Shown here: positions 47,746 to 56,943 of the stretch, in pieces | Layout: each line of letters opens with the position of its first letter | Numbering within the stretch: the stretch's first letter is position 1 | Assembly: GCA_022702935.2 (NCBI GenBank) | Contig: JAKIML020000053.1 | Span: forward strand, 1,245-65,244 | Length of the DNA: 64,000 nt | From: Bacillota bacterium | GTDB taxonomy: Bacteria; Bacillota; Clostridia; DSM-8532 | Reading direction: 5' to 3' | The notes under the pieces: model-generated | Database searches by the model: none | What the model was told of the DNA's origin: nothing | The model's input: the letters and a program-made list of their open reading frames with translations, nothing else | Made by a program: the position numbers and the translations under genes

Positions 47746-49038
47746 GTGAACGAATGGAGTTCCTATGATGTCATTGTTGCTGGCGGAGGTCCGGCGGGTA
47801 TTTGTGCCGCAGTTTCTGCCGCCCGGGAGGGAGTATCGGTAGCCCTTATCGAAAGATATGGAATCCTGGGGGGAATGCTTACATCCGGACATGTTCATCC
47901 CATTCTGGGAATGACAGAGCCAAATACGATGTATCATGAAATGGTCCAATTGCTGAAGAGTGGTCATGAAGATAAAGAAACCATTATAACCCGCAACGGC
48001 GCAGAATGCCATGTCGATCCTGAGGAAGCAAAGCTGTTGCTGCTTGATTTTGTCAATGAAAACGGTGTTGACATCTATCTGCAGACACCGGTGGTGGATG
48101 TTGTGATGGATGAAAATCGTGTGGCAGGGCTTAAGATAGGTACGCAGGAAGGCATAAAAACGATTCTTGGCAAAGTCTTTGTGGATGCTACCGGGGATGG
48201 ATTTGTGGCCGCACAGGCAGGCGCTCCTTTCTTCCTTGGCAGGGATGTGGACGGCAGATGCCAACCTACGTCCGTAGAGTTTACCCTTGATCATGTTAAC
48301 GAGGAAACAGCGATCTCGTGCTATGGCGGAAGTGATCCGGTGACCTTGCCTGATGGGGTTCGATATTCAGACTTCTGCAAGGAGGCCAGTAAAAGGGGAG
48401 AGCTCCCCGAGAATGTGACCATTGTCCGTCTGCACAAGACCTTTTATCCTGGGGAGCGTCAGGTTAATGCCACGCAAGCAAACAACTGCAACACCCTGAC
48501 ACCTGCGGGGATTCTGGAAGCTGAACTGACCACAAGAAAGCAGATCCCTATAATCGTAGAATTCTTACGCAAGCATATTCCTGGCTATGAGAACTGTAGG
48601 GTAACCGCTTCGGGCTCTACCCTGGGCGTTCGTGAAACACGGCGCATTTTAGGAGAGTATGTTCTTAACGATGAAGATGTAGAGCGTGGAAGTCGATTTG
48701 AGGATGTTATCGTACATAATGCATGGTTCTTGATCGATATTCATAATCCCAATGGTGGTGGTCAGGCAGAAGGCCGTTCACAGCCGGCTAAGCCCTATGA
48801 TATCCCTCTTAGATGCCTCATTCCCCAAAAAGTTGATTCTCTGATTTTGGCAGGGCGCTGCATTTCAGGGACACATCGCGCTCATGCTTCCTATCGGGTC
48901 ATGGGTATAGCCTTTGCCGTCGGACAGGCAGCCGGAATAACAGCGGCCTTATGTGTAAGGCACGAAATACAACCAAGAAAGGTGCCCTGCACAGAAGTGC
49001 AAAAGGTTCTGATCCATCGGGGAGCAAAGCTTTTTTAA
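47746..49038 (+). CDS. FAD-dependent oxidoreductase (FAD_oxidored/PF12831-like), paralog 1
   Basis: 430 aa with a GTG start and AAGGAGAAG RBS. Dinucleotide motif DVIVAGGGPAGICAA, FVDATGDG, and a C-terminal GRCISGTHRAHASYRVMGIAFAVGQAAG. Confidence 0.8.
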   Translation: MNEWSSYDVIVAGGGPAGICAAVSAAREGVSVALIERYGILGGMLTSGHVHPILGMTEPNTMYHEMVQLLKSGHEDKETIITRNGAECHVDPEEAKLLLLDFVNENGVDIYLQTPVVDVVMDENRVAGLKIGTQEGIKTILGKVFVDATGDGFVAAQAGAPFFLGRDVDGRCQPTSVEFTLDHVNEETAISCYGGSDPVTLPDGVRYSDFCKEASKRGELPENVTIVRLHKTFYPGERQVNATQANNCNTLTPAGILEAELTTRKQIPIIVEFLRKHIPGYENCRVTASGSTLGVRETRRILGEYVLNDEDVERGSRFEDVIVHNAWFLIDIHNPNGGGQAEGRSQPAKPYDIPLRCLIPQKVDSLILAGRCISGTHRAHASYRVMGIAFAVGQAAGITAALCVRHEIQPRKVPCTEVQKVLIHRGAKLF

Positions 49039-49076
49039 TACTCATTTTTCGGACCGGTCTAATTCGTGTATGAAGG

Positions 49077-50477
49077 GTGCTGATTGCAATTATAGAGTTT
49101 AGGAAAAATATAAAGACTGAATATACAGCAGATGTTGTAGTTATAGGCGGTGGTCCAAGCGGAGTATGTGCAGCCTTGGCTGCAGCAAGGTCAGGTGTAA
49201 AAACAATTCTGGTGGAACAGGGAGGTTGTGCCGGAGGAATGGCAACCCTGGGTCTGGTTGGCCCTTTTATGACTTGCTACGACAAGACGGGTGAAACCAT
49301 GATAATCAGAGGTTTGTTCAGTGAAATTGTAGACCGTCTTGTAGAACGTGGAGGCGCTATACATCCTTCATTAGTTCGTGCAGGTACTGCCTTTACCTCC
49401 TGGATTGTAGCCGGCCATGATCATGTTACACCGTTTGATCCAGAGATCTTGAAAAAGCTGTTGGACAATATGCTGAGAGATGAAAAGGTACAGGTGCTGT
49501 ATCATACCAGTTTTGTTTCCCCTGTCATGGAGGGGAAGAGCTTAAAGCGTATCATCGTTGATTCAAAATCAGGGCTTCAGGGGATTGCTGCAAAAGTATT
49601 TATTGACTGTACAGGGGATGCGGATGTAGCCTATAGAAGCGGAGTTCCCTGCGACAAAGGAAATGAAAAACTTGGAATCATGCAGCCTGCTTCAATGTTC
49701 TTCCGAATTGGTAATGTTAATTTAGAGGAAGTTGAAGCGGATATTCAAGCCAACAAACATAATTTCTACAGAAAGAACGGCGTAAACTACAGGTCGTTCC
49801 ATTGGCGGGTAGAAGAGGCCAGGAAGAACGGGGACTGGAGTTTGGACCGTGTCTCTATAGGGATGTTCCGTGGTGTTGCTCCCGACGAATGGAGCATTAA
49901 CACTTCAAGAATTATGGGGATAGACGCCACAGATAATCAAAGTTTGACCTTTGGTGAAATGGAAGGCCGCCGTCAGGTGGAAGAAATTTTCAAGTTTCTT
50001 GTTAAATATGTTCCGGGCTGTTCAAATGCCAAGCTCCTTAGTTCAGCTTCAACATTAGGTATCCGCGAAAGCAGACATGTTCATGGAGAATATACCCTGG
50101 ATTCAGAGGATATTTTAAAGGGTCGGGTTCCGGAGGATACCATTCTGCTGGCATCCAATTCCATTGATATTCATGGGCGGTTTGGGCCAACAAGCAATGA
50201 ATACAAGACTGTTGAGGATGGAAATTGGTACGGCATACCGTTCCGTTCCCTAATTCCGCAGGATGTGGATCAGCTTTTGATAGCAGGACGTTGTATTTCT
50301 GCCACAGCGGATGCGGCTGGTGCAATCCGTGTCATGCCTCCCTGTATGGGAACGGGGCAGGCGGCAGGAACTGCTGCTGCTATTGCGGCGAAGACAAACT
50401 GTAACGTTCGGGATATTGATTATCATCATTTGCGAAAGATGCTTATAGAACAAAACGTTTTTTTACCGTCCAATTAG
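49077..50477 (+). CDS. FAD-dependent oxidoreductase (FAD_oxidored/PF12831-like), paralog 2
   Basis: 466 aa with DVVVIGGGPSGVCAA, FIDCTGDADVA and GRCISATADAAGAIRVMPPCMGTGQAAG. The exact start codon is uncertain because the RBS abuts the GTG at 49077. Confidence 0.8.
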   Translation: MLIAIIEFRKNIKTEYTADVVVIGGGPSGVCAALAAARSGVKTILVEQGGCAGGMATLGLVGPFMTCYDKTGETMIIRGLFSEIVDRLVERGGAIHPSLVRAGTAFTSWIVAGHDHVTPFDPEILKKLLDNMLRDEKVQVLYHTSFVSPVMEGKSLKRIIVDSKSGLQGIAAKVFIDCTGDADVAYRSGVPCDKGNEKLGIMQPASMFFRIGNVNLEEVEADIQANKHNFYRKNGVNYRSFHWRVEEARKNGDWSLDRVSIGMFRGVAPDEWSINTSRIMGIDATDNQSLTFGEMEGRRQVEEIFKFLVKYVPGCSNAKLLSSASTLGIRESRHVHGEYTLDSEDILKGRVPEDTILLASNSIDIHGRFGPTSNEYKTVEDGNWYGIPFRSLIPQDVDQLLIAGRCISATADAAGAIRVMPPCMGTGQAAGTAAAIAAKTNCNVRDIDYHHLRKMLIEQNVFLPSN

Positions 50478-50522
50478 TATGCAGCATGTATACTAAAATA
50501 TAAACATCATGGAGGAATCAGA

Positions 50523-51956
50523 ATGAAAAAGCTAATCGTATTCTTGTTAGTGGCAACAATGCTGTTGGGCATATCTGCTTGTGGTACAAGCAATACGCCG
50601 AGCAACCCGGCCCCCAGTTCCAGCGCTCCCACTGCAGCCCCCGAAACTTCTCAGGAACCGGCAGCATCAAAGGATCCCTCGGACATTTACTCATGGATAC
50701 TTGAGGAAAATCCCCAGGGTATCTCTGGAACCGTTCGTTTCTGGGTACCTTTTAAAGGTGAGCAGGGCATGGATGCCATGATCGCTGATTTCAACAAGAC
50801 TTATCCCAATATCCAGGTTGTACTGACTACCTACAACAACAATGCCGAGGGCAATACAGCTGTTAACACCGCAATGATGGCCGGTGAAGTAGACGTTCTG
50901 CACAGCTTTGAGCTTTATAACGCCTATGCCCGTTGGGAAAACGGCCTGTATATGGATCTGACAGACATGATTAAGGAAGAAGGCATTGACTTAGTTGCCA
51001 ACTGGGGCAATGATACCTGTACCTATGATGGAAAGGTTTATACATTACCCGCAGGCGGTCAAAGCTATTACATTGCCATCAATAAAACCGCCTGGGATAA
51101 TGCCGGCTTAGGTGAGATCCCCACCGCATGGACCTGGGACGAGTACATCGAAGCAAGCAGAAAAATGACCACCGGCGAAGGAAATTCTAAGGTTTATGGC
51201 GGTTCATCCTACCAGGCCATCAACACCGTTTATAACACCATGTACCAGGTTTATGGCAAGAACGCTTTCTATCACGAGGATGGAACCAGCAGCGCCGATG
51301 ATCCGGTAATTCTTAAGGCTTTAGAGCGCCAGATTAATGCCGAAGTAACAGAGAAGATCTGGTTCCCTCTGACATCCTACCGCTTTGATGGTGCTACAAC
51401 TCACCAGGTTTTCTTAACTGGTCAGGCTGCATCGACCATCACCTGTAATATGACCAGATTCTTAAGAGATACCCAAACCTATCCTGTTGATTTCGTCACA
51501 GCCTTTGCTCCCTGGCCAACAGAAGAAAAGGGACAGACCAATTATATGGAAGGTATCTCCACCTTCTCCCATGTAGGTATCGCATCTCAGTGCGACATGA
51601 AGAACTATGATGCTATCTATGCATTCTTAAAATGGTACTCTACTTATGGATGTAAGTATTTGGCAATCGCTGGCCATATGCCTACCTGGAAGGGAACCGA
51701 TGCCGATGGAATGGTTGATTTGGTATTCGGCTCCGAGGAAGCTGCAAAGAAACTTGTTGATGTAGAATCTTACAAGAGAGTTATTTGTAACTTTAACGGC
51801 TACAATCATGTTGATACTGAGCTGACTGCCTACAGCAAGCTCAACAGCCTCATGCAGGAATATGTAATGTACGCCCACAGCGGAGAGAAAACTCCTAAGG
51901 AGGCTCTCGCTGAGCTGAAGGTGCTCCAGGATGAGGCCATCAAAGAAGCGAAGTAA
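50523..51956 (+). CDS. ABC transporter extracellular solute-binding lipoprotein (carbohydrate, CUT1-type)
   Basis: 477 aa with lipobox LLGISAC, a Ser/Pro-rich linker, and size and composition typical of family 1 sugar-binding proteins. Confidence 0.85.
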   Translation: MKKLIVFLLVATMLLGISACGTSNTPSNPAPSSSAPTAAPETSQEPAASKDPSDIYSWILEENPQGISGTVRFWVPFKGEQGMDAMIADFNKTYPNIQVVLTTYNNNAEGNTAVNTAMMAGEVDVLHSFELYNAYARWENGLYMDLTDMIKEEGIDLVANWGNDTCTYDGKVYTLPAGGQSYYIAINKTAWDNAGLGEIPTAWTWDEYIEASRKMTTGEGNSKVYGGSSYQAINTVYNTMYQVYGKNAFYHEDGTSSADDPVILKALERQINAEVTEKIWFPLTSYRFDGATTHQVFLTGQAASTITCNMTRFLRDTQTYPVDFVTAFAPWPTEEKGQTNYMEGISTFSHVGIASQCDMKNYDAIYAFLKWYSTYGCKYLAIAGHMPTWKGTDADGMVDLVFGSEEAAKKLVDVESYKRVICNFNGYNHVDTELTAYSKLNSLMQEYVMYAHSGEKTPKEALAELKVLQDEAIKEAK

Positions 51957-51974
51957 TCCTTCTCCAATGCACAT

Positions 51975-51998
51975 GGGGACGGCTCCAGGGCCGTCCCC
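51975..51998 (+). other. Intercistronic GC stem-loop after the binding-protein gene
   Basis: GGGGACGGC-TCCAGG-GCCGTCCCC with no T-run. This is the usual position for an mRNA-stabilising hairpin that raises binding-protein expression relative to the permeases. Confidence 0.5.
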
Positions 51999-52023
51999 CC
52001 CTAAGTCAAATTAAGGAGCTACT

Positions 52024-52911
52024 GTGATGAAATCAAGAATTAAAGAAAACATAGCGGCCTATTGTTTCCTGCTACCTACAATCATCATTTTCTTAAGCCT
52101 TGTCCTGATTCCGCTGTTGTCCTCCTTCGTCCTTTCCTTTACCAAATGGAATTTTATCTCAGGCTTAAAAGGAATAAAGTTTGTTGGCTTTGACAACTTT
52201 GTTAAATTGTCTAAGGATGCGTACTTTATCAGCGCTATTAAAAATACTTTGATTTATACCATAACCACCGTTCCCATTATAATAGCAGTAGCCTTGGGCC
52301 TAGCTTATATCCTCAATGGCAAAATTTATTTTAAAAAGACGATGCGTCTAGCCTTTTTCATTCCCTATGTCTGCAGTGCAGTCGCTGTTTCAGTCGTGTT
52401 TAAAATGTTGTTCCGGGAAGATGGTCCCATCAACATGGTCTTACAAAACGTATTTCAGGTTGAAAACTTACCCCGTTGGTTCTCCGATGGGAGCATCAAT
52501 AAAATACCCATTATCCTGTTTGTTATCTGGACCTCCATTGGATATGGGTTGATCATTTACATGGCCGCCCTCCAGAATATTTCCAGCAGCATTTATGAAG
52601 CTGCCGATATCGATGGAGCAACTGGCTGGAAAAAATTCATTAAAATAACCGTGCCTTTAATCTCACCCACAACCTTTTATTTGTTGGTCGTTCGTTTAAT
52701 TGCTGTATTCAAAATTTTTACATCCATTAATGTTATGACCTATAGCCAGATCACAAAGTATAATACCTCGGTGGTCAGCAGAATCGTTGAAGAGGCCTTC
52801 ACCCATTATAACTTTGGGTATGCCAGTGCTGAATCGTTCATTTTGTTCATCATTATCATGATTATCACTATTTTTAACTTTATTGGTCAGAAAAAATGGG
52901 TGCATTATTGA
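52024..52911 (+). CDS. Carbohydrate ABC transporter permease (MalF/UgpA-like)
   Basis: 295 aa with six TM helices and an EAA-type loop YEAADIDGATGWKKFIKITVPLISP. Confidence 0.9.
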   Translation: MMKSRIKENIAAYCFLLPTIIIFLSLVLIPLLSSFVLSFTKWNFISGLKGIKFVGFDNFVKLSKDAYFISAIKNTLIYTITTVPIIIAVALGLAYILNGKIYFKKTMRLAFFIPYVCSAVAVSVVFKMLFREDGPINMVLQNVFQVENLPRWFSDGSINKIPIILFVIWTSIGYGLIIYMAALQNISSSIYEAADIDGATGWKKFIKITVPLISPTTFYLLVVRLIAVFKIFTSINVMTYSQITKYNTSVVSRIVEEAFTHYNFGYASAESFILFIIIMIITIFNFIGQKKWVHY

Positions 52912-52921
52912 GAGGATAGTT

Positions 52922-53758
52922 ATGAAACTAAAAAAGATTCCTTATAAAACGATAATAAAGACAGTTATTTTGGGGATTTTTGCTTTCTTATTCCTGCTGC
53001 CGCTGTTCTGGATGCTGTCGGCATCCTTAAAGACACCGGTTAATGTTTTGGATTATCCTATCGAATGGATCCCAAAGGACATACAGTGGAAGAACTATGC
53101 AAGAATCTGGACCAATGAGCAGATGCCTTTTACCAGGGTCTATATGAATTCCTTGTTTGTTGCCTTCTTTTCCCTTTTGGGTCAGCTTGCTTTTGCCTCC
53201 ATGGCGGCCTTTGCTTTTGCAAAACTGGACTTTAAAGGGAAGAACATTGTGTTTATGGCCCTGCTGGCATCAATGATGATACCAACAGAATCAACCATTA
53301 TCCCTTGCTTTATGTTGTTCAAAACCTTAGGCCTGTATAATCACTTATCGGCAATCATACTCCCCACCTGGTTTAATGTCTCCACCATTTTCATGCTCCG
53401 CCAGTTCTACTATGGGCTGCCGAATGACCTGATGGAAGCAGCAAAGATCGACGGTGCCGGATTCTTCAGAATCTGGGGTCAGGTTTATCTCCCGTTGACA
53501 AAGCCCGCTCTGGTCTCTGCAGGAATACTCGGATTCATTTCGACCTGGAACGCATATTTACCTCCACTGATTTATCTGGTTGATAAAAAGAAGTACACCA
53601 TTTCCCTTGGCATCAGATTCTGGCTGGTAGATGACGCAAGAGAATACAACATGATGATGGCTGCCGCAGCCAGTGCCATTGTTCCAATGATCATCCTAGT
53701 CATTGCCTGCCAGAAATACTTCGTCGAAGGCATAGCCATGGCTGGAATGAAGGAGTAA
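52922..53758 (+). CDS. Carbohydrate ABC transporter permease (MalG/UgpE-like)
   Basis: About 278 aa from MKLKKIPYK with a GAGAGGA RBS. EAA loop MEAAKIDGAGFFRIWGQVYLPLTKP. Confidence 0.9.
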   Translation: MKLKKIPYKTIIKTVILGIFAFLFLLPLFWMLSASLKTPVNVLDYPIEWIPKDIQWKNYARIWTNEQMPFTRVYMNSLFVAFFSLLGQLAFASMAAFAFAKLDFKGKNIVFMALLASMMIPTESTIIPCFMLFKTLGLYNHLSAIILPTWFNVSTIFMLRQFYYGLPNDLMEAAKIDGAGFFRIWGQVYLPLTKPALVSAGILGFISTWNAYLPPLIYLVDKKKYTISLGIRFWLVDDAREYNMMMAAAASAIVPMIILVIACQKYFVEGIAMAGMKE

Positions 53759-53775
53759 TAAAGAAATTAACAGGG

Positions 53776-54567
53776 GTGGTAAAAGTGAAATTTTCGGTTA
53801 GCAACCTGAGTTTTACGGGCGGAAAAATCAAATGGATGCAGGAATTGCCGTCGGAGCTTGGCATTGAAATCTTCTATGAATGGGGAAGCCGGGACTATTG
53901 GAATAACATCCTGCCTTGTCTGATGGGGGGAAGGACGGGTGGCTTCAGTATCCATGGGCCCGCGATGTTCGATGACTTTTCCCTGCCCTGTGATGAACGT
54001 ACACTATTTGAGCACATGAAGGCTCCTTTCGATCTCTATCATCAATTCCAGGGGGAGTTTTATGTCGTGCATACCAATGCTGGCATCAAGTATGAGGCGA
54101 ACCCCATCCTGGAAGAGGAGAACCGGAAGCGCACCTTGGATAGAATTGCGAAGTTCCAGGATATTTGTTCGCAAGAAGGTGTGCGCATGGTGGTTGAGAA
54201 TATCGGGTGGAATGCAGAAAAACGTTACCTGTTCAACCAGGAACAGTTTCTTCATCTGTTCCGCCAATTGCCCGAAGTATGCTGCCTTATAGACATAGGA
54301 CACACCTTGCTCTCTGACTTAAATGTTGCAGAGCTTCAGAAAGAGCTGAAGAACAGAATCGTTGCTTACCATATTCATGACAATGATGGGACAAAGGATT
54401 TACATTTACCCATCGGTGAAGGGGTTTTTAATTGGAAGTCATTTATGAAAGGCGTTCATGAACATACCCCTGACGCAGCTCTGGTCATGGAGTATGAAGG
54501 CGTTCCGCAGCAAAAGCGGTATCTTGAAGATATTAATACTCTCAGAAGTTTACTTGTAGAAGCATAA
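53776..54567 (+). CDS. Sugar phosphate isomerase/epimerase family TIM-barrel protein (xylose isomerase-like, AP_endonuc_2)
   Basis: 263 aa with an alternative GTG start at 53785. The pattern HGP...VVH...VENI...DIGH...HIHDN...MEYE matches metal-binding strands of the xylose-isomerase-like TIM barrel. Confidence 0.7.
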   Translation: MVKVKFSVSNLSFTGGKIKWMQELPSELGIEIFYEWGSRDYWNNILPCLMGGRTGGFSIHGPAMFDDFSLPCDERTLFEHMKAPFDLYHQFQGEFYVVHTNAGIKYEANPILEEENRKRTLDRIAKFQDICSQEGVRMVVENIGWNAEKRYLFNQEQFLHLFRQLPEVCCLIDIGHTLLSDLNVAELQKELKNRIVAYHIHDNDGTKDLHLPIGEGVFNWKSFMKGVHEHTPDAALVMEYEGVPQQKRYLEDINTLRSLLVEA

Positions 54568-54592
54568 ACCCTTTAAGAAGGAGTTTTGAGAT

Positions 54593-55402
54593 ATGAATCA
54601 AACATCATGGCTGGGCCTGGAAGGAAAGACTTTTATTGTGACAGGGGGTGCCTCTGGAATTGGCTACGCGATTGCAAAGGAACTTTTAGAGGATGGCGCA
54701 AATGTCGTTGTATGCGATAAAAATCCAAAGGCACCGGAATTTGACACGGAGCGTGAACGCTATCTCTATGTCGAAACTGATGTAACAAGCGTTAAGAGCG
54801 TTACTGATATGATTGAGCAGGCGAAAAAAGCCTTTGGAACTATTGACGGGATTGTGAATAATGCAGGCATCAATATCCCGCGCCTGTTGGTTGATAAAGC
54901 GCAGAAATACGAGCTTGATGAAGAGGTTTGGGATAAGGTAATGAATGTAAACGCAAAGGGTGTTTTTATTTGCTCCCAAGCTGTAGCTCGCGAAATGTCC
55001 GAGAGAGGAAAAGGCGTCATTGTGAATGTTTCCTCGGAATGTGGTCTGGAGGGCTCGGAGGGGCAAAGCGTATACGCAGCCTCCAAGAATGCTGTGAATG
55101 CATTGACACGATCCTGGGCTAAGGAGCTGGGAAAGCAGGGAATACGGGTAGTGGGGGTCGCACCGGGAATTCTGGAAGCCACAGGACTGCGCTCAGAAGC
55201 CTATGAGACTGCGCTTGCTTATACCAGAGGTATTTCTGTAGACAAGCTTCGTGCAGGGTATGTGCAAACCAGTTCAATTCCAATCGGACGCAGCGGAAGG
55301 CTGGATGAGGTGGCATCGGCGGTGGCCTTCCTCTTAAGTGAAAGGGCAAGCTATATCCATGGCGTAACCATCAATGTGGCTGGCGGTAAGACCCGTGGTT
55401 AA
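54593..55402 (+). CDS. Short-chain dehydrogenase/reductase (classical SDR)
   Basis: 269 aa with TGGASGIGYAI, NNAG, the catalytic YAASKNAV and PGILEAT. Confidence 0.9.
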   Translation: MNQTSWLGLEGKTFIVTGGASGIGYAIAKELLEDGANVVVCDKNPKAPEFDTERERYLYVETDVTSVKSVTDMIEQAKKAFGTIDGIVNNAGINIPRLLVDKAQKYELDEEVWDKVMNVNAKGVFICSQAVAREMSERGKGVIVNVSSECGLEGSEGQSVYAASKNAVNALTRSWAKELGKQGIRVVGVAPGILEATGLRSEAYETALAYTRGISVDKLRAGYVQTSSIPIGRSGRLDEVASAVAFLLSERASYIHGVTINVAGGKTRG

Positions 55403-55429
55403 AAATAGGTAGATATATTAGGGGTTAAG

Positions 55430-55480
55430 AAGAGGTCTGCTTCTAAATGAGAAATCGTTTGGATGCAGACCTCTTTAGTT
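55430..55480 (+). terminator. Terminator ending the transporter/oxidoreductase operon
   Basis: AAGAGGTCTGC...GCAGACCTCTT followed by TAGTT. The loop is long. Confidence 0.5.
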
Positions 55481-55539
55481 ATACAATCATCTCAGATGGG
55501 GGCACATGGTTGCTGCAAAGTTCGTTAATATTAAAGTGA

Positions 55540-55632
55540 TCACTGAAAAATAAGTTTCATTTCTCGAAGCTTCTGGATGACCATCTGCGCCTTTTGTCTG
55601 GCTGCTGCTTTGTTCTCTTGTGCCTTCCACAT
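55540..55632 (-). pseudogene. Second relic of an IS256-family transposase (30 codons)
   Basis: It translates to MWKAQENKAAARQKAQMVIQKLREMKLIFQ. Compare KAIHAQENKATARQKAQ in the 39942-40376 fragment. The nucleotide stretch 55585-55623 matches 40104-40142 at about 33 of 39 positions by eye. Confidence 0.5.
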
Positions 55633-55835
55633 CTTTAAAGCTTACTGGATTCCAGATAACTGGAGGAAGAAAGCAAACTTAAGTAAAAGCGTATGCCCAA
55701 TATTACGATTTCTTGCCCATTTCTAAGGTATTGGGACCCCGCCATTACGAGCAGGAAATCCGCTCTGTATAATTGTTTTATTATTTTTACTCTCTTTTGA
55801 GAGTTTTTTACGATAAAAGAAACGGGGATGGGGTT

Positions 55836-56660
55836 ATGGAACAGAAAATCCAGGCATTTATCATGGACTATATGAAATCTGACAAGAATACACTGAGATT
55901 GATTGATAAGCCGGCCTTCGGCGAGCCAACTGTGGGCTTCAGCCATGGGGACGATGCGCTGTACGCCTTTTACAAGCAGCATATTGACCCCCAGTTCTAC
56001 AAGCTGCCAACCCAGTGGCTGGAGGAGACCTACGGCCATCCCTTTGATGCCGGGAATGTGAGCATTATAAGCTGGATTCTGCCCCAGACCGAGGATACAA
56101 AGCATCAGTGCCAGGACAAGACCGATTGTCCTGCTCTGGAGTGGACCTATGCACGGATTTACGGTGAGGAATGCAATCGATCCCTTGCCAAGGCGCTGGA
56201 GGAATACCTGAAGGAATTGGGCTATGAAGCAGTGGCCCCCATGTGCAGTGCGATGTTTTCCTGGGGCGACTCGGAGAAGTTTTATAAGATCTCTAACTGG
56301 TCTGAGCGGCATACAGCCTATATTTCAGGGCTGGGTACCTTTGGCCTTTGTGATGGATTGATTTCTGCCAAGGGCAAGGCTGTCCGCTATGGCTCGGTCA
56401 TTGTCAACTGCCGCCTGAGCAAAACCCCGCGGCCATACACTGAATACAATGAATATTGCTTGGCAAAAAAGGGCTGTACCGCATGCATTAAGCGCTGCCC
56501 GGCCGGTGCCATTACGTCCGCGGGCCATGATAAGGCCAAATGCCTGCAATATCATAGGGATGTCCTAGAAAGAGTTTATCGTGAACGTTACAACCATGAT
56601 GGCCTTGTTGTCTGTGGGCTTTGCCAGACCGGCATCCCCTGTGAGTCGAGGATTCCATGA
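55836..56660 (+). CDS. 4Fe-4S protein of the epoxyqueuosine reductase (QueG)/reductive dehalogenase-like family
   Basis: About 274 aa from MEQKIQAFIMDY. Ferredoxin-type motif CTACIKRCPAGAI and a second cysteine group CGLCQTGIPC. Function not assignable by eye. Confidence 0.55.
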   Translation: MEQKIQAFIMDYMKSDKNTLRLIDKPAFGEPTVGFSHGDDALYAFYKQHIDPQFYKLPTQWLEETYGHPFDAGNVSIISWILPQTEDTKHQCQDKTDCPALEWTYARIYGEECNRSLAKALEEYLKELGYEAVAPMCSAMFSWGDSEKFYKISNWSERHTAYISGLGTFGLCDGLISAKGKAVRYGSVIVNCRLSKTPRPYTEYNEYCLAKKGCTACIKRCPAGAITSAGHDKAKCLQYHRDVLERVYRERYNHDGLVVCGLCQTGIPCESRIP

Positions 56661-56943
56661 TGAGATAGATGCGGGCTGTCACCAATTCAGATAGTTATCA
56701 AAAGGCCATGATGCTCTCATCTGATACGCCTCCGCAGGAGCAGTTGAATGTTGTCATGCAAACATCGCAGCTAGAGCGAGGTAAAAGCAGCCGGACACTG
56801 CTTTTAGTGGGCAGGCTCCCGGAAGGAGCCGTTGCCAACGACCTCGTAAGAGCAAGATTGAGCATGAACAACTTCCTGCGACGAGGGCGAGAAGATGAGA
56901 ACACATGGCTTAATTACTGCTTCGGGGACAGCCCCTTTGTTAT

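Noticed and set aside
56810-56836. The hairpin GGCAGGCTCC-CGGAA-GGAGCCGTTGCC resembles the SRP RNA helix 8 GGAA tetraloop.
   Set aside because: The stem is perfectly paired and lacks the conserved symmetric and asymmetric internal loops (AGCA/GGAAGCAGC). No Alu-domain or 5'/3' closing helix is present.
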